DNA of 64,000 nucleotides from the human T2T-CHM13v2.0 reference genome, Homo sapiens: NCBI RefSeq assembly GCF_009914755.1, contig NC_060927.1. One strand, written 5' to 3'. The notes under the pieces were generated by a model that saw only the letters and a program-made list of their open reading frames with translations, was not told the origin of the DNA and ran no database searches. Positions 56,450 to 64,000 of the stretch are shown piece after piece. The translations under genes and the position numbers were made by a program. The stretch's first letter is position 1. Each line of letters begins with the position of its first letter.

Positions 56450-57400
56450 TCGTAATAGATACCATGAGTCAGATACTGTTCTCAGCGCTTTAAAATTATT
56501 AACTCATTTAATCCTTACAACAACTCCATCCCCATTTTGCAGATACGGAAAGTAAGGCACAGAGAGGTCTTGTGTTCTACTCAGGGGCCAACTGCCACCA
56601 CATATTGTCAACCGCAGACACATGTTGGCACTTAACATGTCCCCAATTTAGTGCGTAGTCTTCTCTCTAACACCTTACTGTCCGATTCTTTATACTGTAT
56701 TAAATAAAGTACCAATTTTACCTATCTTTGAAGACGGGAGTTTGGAAGTCATTTTCAGTCTGTTTCCCATGTCCCATATCCGAATGTTTTCCTGTCTTCA
56801 AAGGTTTTCCATTATTCTTTCCCACCTTGTTTTCACCACATTCACAGCCTTATGTATAGACTTTGGAACCACTTAACCTGAATTTCAATTCCAGTTCTGA
56901 TGCTAATAATCACATGTCCTTGAAAACATGTTATTCTTTATTATTATCTCAATGGCTGTTTCTTCATCTATAAAACAAGGATAACCTTAAAGATTCAATA
57001 AAAGCTCTCAGAAGAGTGAGCAGCATAGTAAAGTCTCACAAAGTATTGTCTTTTTTTTAAGTTTATAATTACATTTTATTTTTTATTTTATATTGTATTA
57101 TTTTTTATAGTTTGTAGTATATCCTCTTATATAAAAACAATTTTGATCTCCTTGTGGTGTATTAAACACATCTTCTTTAATGTACAAAGGTAAACATAAA
57201 GAGATTCCTTTATATATACCGATTTCTTTGCCCTGCAAGACCTTTCTTGGCCACCCCAGAGAGTGTTAAACTTTTATTCTCTACTTTCCCAGAATAAGTA
57301 CCTCTATTTTAGTACATATCATGATATATTGTAGTTACTTGCTTATTTTCTGACTGTGAACTACTTCCACCTCTCTATCCCCAAGAAAATGCCTACTTTT
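56450..57400. mobile_element. MIR and L2 fragments
   Basis: CTCATTTAATCCTTACAACAAC...CCCCATTTTGCAGAT; TTCTTCATCTATAAAAC. Confidence 0.55.
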
Positions 57401-57576
57401 CTAATATAGCTTAATGGGGAAAAAGGTTACATGAACAAATTAACAGCAGAATATCTCTTTATTCTAAATAAATCAGTTCCACAATTAAGTGCTAATATTG
57501 GGTTGCCCAGCAAAATTTTTAGGTAGGGTTCGGGGCATACCTATATTCACAATAGTTTCAAATATGTATTTACCAG

Positions 57577-58193
57577 TGAAGGGCAGCAGAATATGCCACC
57601 CCAAAATATGCCATTTTGGCAAAAGAAGTATTTTGAGCTGAAGGCAAATAAAAAGAAGCAAATATCCAAAAATGCTCTCTGCCCTCTCCCTATCTGCCCA
57701 AAAGTAAGACAAAATTTACAGAGCTATCCCTCCTCCCCTCTCTACTAGGAAGGACAAAGGTTGATCAGCAAAGACAACTTTAGACCTTTATCATCCAGGA
57801 GACAGTACCTGAGGGATCGACATAACAAACTCTACTAACTGGCCTTTATCTGCCATTTGTTTCCCATATATTTGCCATCCCACAATGTCCCACCCCTAGA
57901 GACTCAAGGTCCTTTTCCTTTGTCTTGTCACTCCTCTAAAAGTGTATTGTTCTTTGTTGAAAATGATAAAGAGAGTTCCCAGGAACCTCCTGGAGAATTA
58001 CTAATTCCCTGGATATTGCCTATGTAATATACATAAAATGTATAAGAAGTTAAAAAACTTGTTTTTTAACAAAACATGTTAAAAAACTTCTGTTTGATTT
58101 CTCTGGTTTAATTTATTTATTTTTCGTTGTTATAGAGGTCCCACCTGAGAAATCAGATGGGGTAGAGTGAAAATTATTTTTTCTTTCCCTGTA
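57577..58193 (+). mobile_element. MER34-like ERV1 LTR
   Basis: CAGAATATGCCACCCCAAAATATGCC...TATTTTGAGCTGAAGGC. Confidence 0.8.
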
Positions 58194-58267
58194 AAGCATG
58201 TGCAACATTTTTGGTTGAATGGATATTATAGATAATGACCACAGTACTGTTGCAATGGCTTTCTGTG

Positions 58268-58408
58268 TGTGTTTGTTTTGTTTTGTTTTAGTAGAGACGG
58301 TGTTTCACCATGTTGGTCAGGCTGGTCTTCAACTCCTGACCTCATGATTCACCTGCCTTGGACTCCCAAAATGCTGGGATTACAGGCAGGAACCACTGCG
58401 CCGAGCCA
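58268..58408 (-). mobile_element. Alu left monomer only (AluS-like sequence)
   Basis: Single arm with a (GTTTT)n tail; flanking CTTTCTGT at 58259 and 58410. Confidence 0.85.
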
Positions 58409-60264
58409 ACTTTCTGTTTTATAAAGCCCCTTTATTCTATTTTATCTTACCCTTAAAGAGTATAGACCAGTGGTATAGCTAAGGTTTGAATTGACTCTTT
58501 AATTTTCATTCTCCTAACACTATGTTTAGGTTCTATGTTATTAAGACAGCTTTAACTCTTAGCTTTCACCTCAGCCTTTTCTTGTGTCACCTCTCCTACA
58601 GGCTTCTGAAGCTTTTCTAAGCCCATAAATAAATATGGGAACATACCATTACTCTACTAAATTAACTTATGAGGTCAAAAATTATTTTAACATATACAAC
58701 TCATTTCTCAAGATTTAACAGTGGAGGACTTTTATTAATGTGAAATGATTATTTATATTTTTTCCCTAGATAGAAATAGAAAATGGGAACAATAACTCTC
58801 CAGGTGTTATAAAAGCAATACAATTTAAAATTGAAGAAAAATTATGAAGATATTAAAAAGTTAGCCAATGAAAACATGAGGCAATTGAGAGGTTAAAATG
58901 AGTCATCTAAGATGGATTATTATATTTTATTGAACTGAAAGATATATATTCAGACTCTGTTAGCTGTTCCTGAATTAAAAAAATAATGCTTTCTTTTTAA
59001 CTGAAAGAAAAATGGAAATAAAAACTTGTCAAATAAACTTAAAGAAATCATGAGACTTATTCTGAATCTGAATGAAAATGACCAAAATGAATCTTTGAGA
59101 GGTAAAATTGTATAACTTTAAATATAATTTGCATGAAATAAATGAATTAATATCCAATATTCTCTGTCTCTTCCCCTCCGTTTGCCCAACAAATGGAGGG
59201 GGAATTTTTTTTCTTCAAAATATCATCAGATCATTTGAATACTTATAGAGCACTTTAATGGGTCATAACAAATTGGACTGCTTATTGCTCAGGCTAACTT
59301 TGGACCAAATTGTGCAAAAGAAAATGTGCATATGAAGATAGAGACTGAGAATGACATCAAGAATAAGTCTTCTTGTGGTGAATATTATTAAATGCCATAT
59401 GTCATAATTTCCAGTGTGTGATAAAACAACTGTGACCAATAAAAAGAATAGAAATCATAAAAACCAAAGTACTCGTCTATGGTATGATTTTTAAAAATCT
59501 GAATTGCTGTCTCAGAATTATACCATACAATATTTTCAAACTCATTAGGAAAATTGACATCTTTTTCACTTATAAATACTCTCTGATATTAATATTCTTG
59601 GGTTGTGTTATGGTTATATGAGTCTAATGGACATACACTGCAAGTTAGGAAAAAAGCAAATACTAAAACCTGGCGCCATGTACTTTGGACAAAATGTATT
59701 TCTTAGTGTGGACCAATGTCTACATGTATGTGTAAAGTGACAAGGAATTAAGTTTTAATTTGTTGTGGGTCAACTTCTGCCCTTGGATGCTTTATTTATA
59801 ACTTTTGATGAACTCAGTAAGATTTAGCCTTGAGTCTCCAAAGTCAGAACTGATTCTCCCCTCTCCTCCACAGTAGACAATAACAAAAAACAAATGACCA
59901 AACATTTCACTTAATATTCAATTTAGATGGGTCATTTAAAATGATTTTATGATATTATTAGTGAATAAAAAATTAAAATGGAAAATATACATATATAAGT
60001 ACATATATATATATATATAAAACATGTGGTAAGAAGATAAACTGATTTTTCTCATAAGACTTCAGACTAATCAATTTAAGATAAAAAACTGGCAATTACA
60101 ATTGTGGAATTCGAAACTATTTAGCTATTTCTTAACATGAATGTGAAGGTATGGCATAAACATTTGAAAAAATGGAATGGCATTAATGAAAAGTTCAAAC
60201 ACATGTCTAAAATTACAATTATTCATCATAAACAGTCACTTAATGTTAAGAAAATAGGTAATTA

Positions 60265-60612
<348 letters not shown>

Positions 60613-61349
60613 CTACAAACACCATACAGACAAACAAAATATGAAGAGGTTTCTTTAGGTTACTTGTAGGCTGTCTTTTTTTCCCTGATATTAGCAACAT
60701 ATTTTCCTCACCCACCATTTTCCCAAGTCAGCAATCCCAGTGTGTGCAGCTGCAATACAGTATTCATAAGTGTATTTTTACATATGAAGATTTCATATAA
60801 TATGTATTTCAAAGGAACTATTCACACACTAATGAAGAATTTGGCATCTCTTCTGAGGATACATTTGTTGATCTTTGAAAGAGACTCCTTTAGGGACAAA
60901 TCCAAATAACCATTTTTGCCTTGAAGCCGAGGACTTTGAATACTACTTAAAAATTGAGATGCATTGTTATTTGTTGTCATATAAATTCCTCGTCTCTGTA
61001 CTAGCCTTGGAGCGGATGCTTTCCTATAATTTCCGTGGTTATATTATTCACTGCTTTTTTATCTCTTACTAGAAAAAAAAAGTTAAAAATTGTGTATGGT
61101 ATATGTGGCTGTTCTTATTTTGACCTCTTCAAGGCACCCGTTGCCTGTCCTTGCCTTATACTCTGGGCTTCAGTCAAACCTTAGCCTTTGTCATCCCCAT
61201 GGACTCAGCCCCTTTGTATGTGCTGTACTGGAAATCCACTCATTTCCTCTACCCTCCAGTAGGTGGATTCCCCTTCATCTTTGTATAAGAAACACTTTTT
61301 ACCTCCTGGCCTTAAATCTTCTCTGAACTATTCCAGTTGTTTTGACCAG

Positions 61350-62270
61350 TCTCTGCCCAATAACATATATATTTAAAAAGGAACAGCCAGAAAACAGGCG
61401 CAGAAGAAGCCGAGAAGGAGGAAATGGGAAGGGCTAGAATAAAGGAGAATGAGCTAACTGGGTGAAGAGTTCGGCTTCTAGTTAAAAACCTAAGTGTGAT
61501 TTTTCAAGTCTGACCATAGGCAATTTCGAAGTGTTGCTTGGCAGGCCTCCCAGGAGAAAGTTGCCTTCCCTGCAGCTGACTTGGTGCACAGCCAATGAAT
61601 GCATTGCAGTCTCTGAAGGAAATGCGGTCAAGGACTCAAGCCCCTCTGATTGGCCTTGTGCTTATGCATATTTGCATTCCTAGCTGAGACTCTTTTATTC
61701 AGAGACCTCTTTATCTGGGGATTTTAGCTGAGACCTTCTTTAGGGAGGGTGACTCGAGGGGGACGCCTTGAAGACTTATTTTTCACTGTGACCTACTATT
61801 CAGTAATTTTAAACTCCCAGTCCTCTTCCCTCCCCCTTCCCTTCTCTCTCTCCCTGGATCCCAAGTACATAGAACTGCAGGAGCCTTTAAAAAAAGTGTC
61901 TCTATGGTAAATTTATTTATTTCCTATATTATTATTTTTAAACTGAAAGATAAAATTGTGTGTATTTATTGTGTTGTGCAGGAGCCTTTTGTTAAAGGGC
62001 TTCAACAGTGAAATAACTGCCTCCAAGTCTGGGCTAATCTACCTGGTCCTAGACAGAGCAGTGCCATTGCTTGGGGGGAAAAATGGAAGGAAAGGGGTGG
62101 ACGGGGATCGGCTCTTTTTTTTTTTTTTCCAGTTTTTAACTTCTTGCCTATACTACTAAAGTAAGTGATTAAATACTTGACTACAAACTTTCATTTTTGG
62201 CTTGCTGCTTTAATTGATTACTCCAGCATCTGGAAGCTGGGTTCTCTTGAGCTCAGCTGAGCTGCTGACA
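61350..62270 (+). mobile_element. Old ERVL-type LTR (MER54/MER74-like end) with internal micro-insertion
   Basis: GC-richer block ending GAGCTCAGCTGAGCTGCTGACA; left boundary uncertain. Confidence 0.45.
61590..61680. promoter_or_regulatory. Motif cluster: two CCAAT boxes and a POU octamer
   Basis: AGCCAATG (~61591), CTGATTGGCC (61646-61655), and ATGCATATTTGCAT (61664-61677), which contains the perfect octamer ATTTGCAT. Confidence 0.4.
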
Positions 62271-63032
62271 GTCGGGTTGTAAGAGTAGTCAGCTCCAGGG
62301 AGCTTCCCTACAACTTGCAGATGCTAACAAATGGGGGAGCAGAAATAGAACTGTCAGTGAAATACGACCCTGGCTCTAGCTGTCATGAATCACTGTTGTC
62401 AGGAACAGATTTGTTAAATTCATGAAATTCTAGAGTGTTCAGCATGTGCATAAAATCTTTGAGAGCAAAGTTGAGAGATGCCAAAAATTTGATTAAACTG
62501 CTTATTCTTTTTATCTTCTAGAGTAAAAGAATTCTGTAGCTGCATTTATTCGGGCCATCCTTAGAGTAGTACATTTTGAATTCTGATTGCATCTTTCTAC
62601 CACAAGAGAAGTGAGGTAGGAAGACGGGAAGAATTCAATGGTTACATTTTCTTAGAAAATGATTTAATCTGACTTTTTTTTTTTTTTAATTTTGTGGGCA
62701 AAATGAAATCTGAGTGGACCAATGACCTCACCATGTCCAGTGTTTGGTTGCTAGTTTGAGATTTGGAAATGGCTGTTCAGGTGAAGAGGTAAATGGATCC
62801 AAATGCCTTGTTATAAGGCATTTGACAATGCTTACAGCAGTAGTGTGAATAGAGGGCCATTAAATTCTAGCATAAACATTCCGGGCTACTGGTTATTTTT
62901 TGGTTGTAACTTACATTTGAGGTTTTCACAAGAGACAGGCTCTACAAGATACCCTACATGTCTAAAGGACTAAGAATTGGAGAGCCCTGACATTGAATTA
63001 GGACGTAGTTTTGCACCACAAAAGAGGCCGTA

Positions 63033-63348
<316 letters not shown>

Positions 63349-64000
63349 TTAATATAGAATTATATATTTTAAATTATGAAAACCATTTATGAGTTATTTT
63401 CTCATAAACTTAAAGATATAATATATAAATATACACACATAGGCATATGTAGGTATGTACACACATATATAAATAAATGTATTATGGGAATACTATAAAA
63501 ATGGCGTTAGCTCAAAGCCAAAGAAATAACCCTACTAAGAAATTCATAAATTAAGCTAGATCCTATAAACACAAAAAATATTACAGATTCAGAAATACGT
63601 ACTAAATACACATCTGACATATAATGTATTAGCATTGCATGAATTTGTATGAGATCCACAACTTACAAATTTTCTAATTCTACTGGAATTAATGTATACA
63701 TTTGTGAAATTGATAGGATAATTTCAAAATAATTGCTTGCTAAAAAGACACACAACTAAGACCTTAACACTATTATTCTTATTAAAATTCCCATATCTAA
63801 TTCCCATAGCAGTCATATCAAATCAGAAATTGAGAGCACAAGTCAACACTGTATTACTTTTATTAACTGAATACAATCTAATTTAAGATTCTTAAACTAT
63901 AAAAGAGAGTCAAAATATAAATAATAAGAAGCAAAAATACAAAATATATTGGAAAACAAAATACATCAGGCTTTATTAATTAAGAGATTTGGCAAATCAC

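Overview
Primate (human-like) genomic DNA: AT-rich, CpG-depleted and repeat-dense, with no CpG island and no long genuine CDS. The long ORFs in the supplied track are L1 ORF2 remnants, Alu- or LTR-derived, or chance ORFs. Identified repeats: several L1PA/L1PB/L1M fragments (one twin-primed), about 11 Alus (including an L1-in-Alu and an Alu-in-Alu nest with intact TSDs), THE1/MLT1/MER50/MER34 and ERVL-type LTRs, MER1B, Tigger3a, MIR and L2. Subfamily names are from memory of consensus sequences, not from a search. Two patterns are not explained by repeats. (1) The minus strand carries a co-oriented series of very short exon candidates in unique sequence: 10, 32, 57, 9, 21, 43 and 29 nt, plus possible terminal exons near 6.5-6.8 kb. 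Most have near-consensus splice signals, and some have branch points and UGC motifs typical of SRRM3/4-type microexons. This suggests the window is intronic or 3' territory of a large minus-strand gene that I could not name. (2) Three 117-295 bp locally templated insertions (two inverted, one direct) copy nearby DNA into or out of old LTRs, and there is an older diverged duplication near 3.1-3.4 kb and 6.7-7.0 kb.
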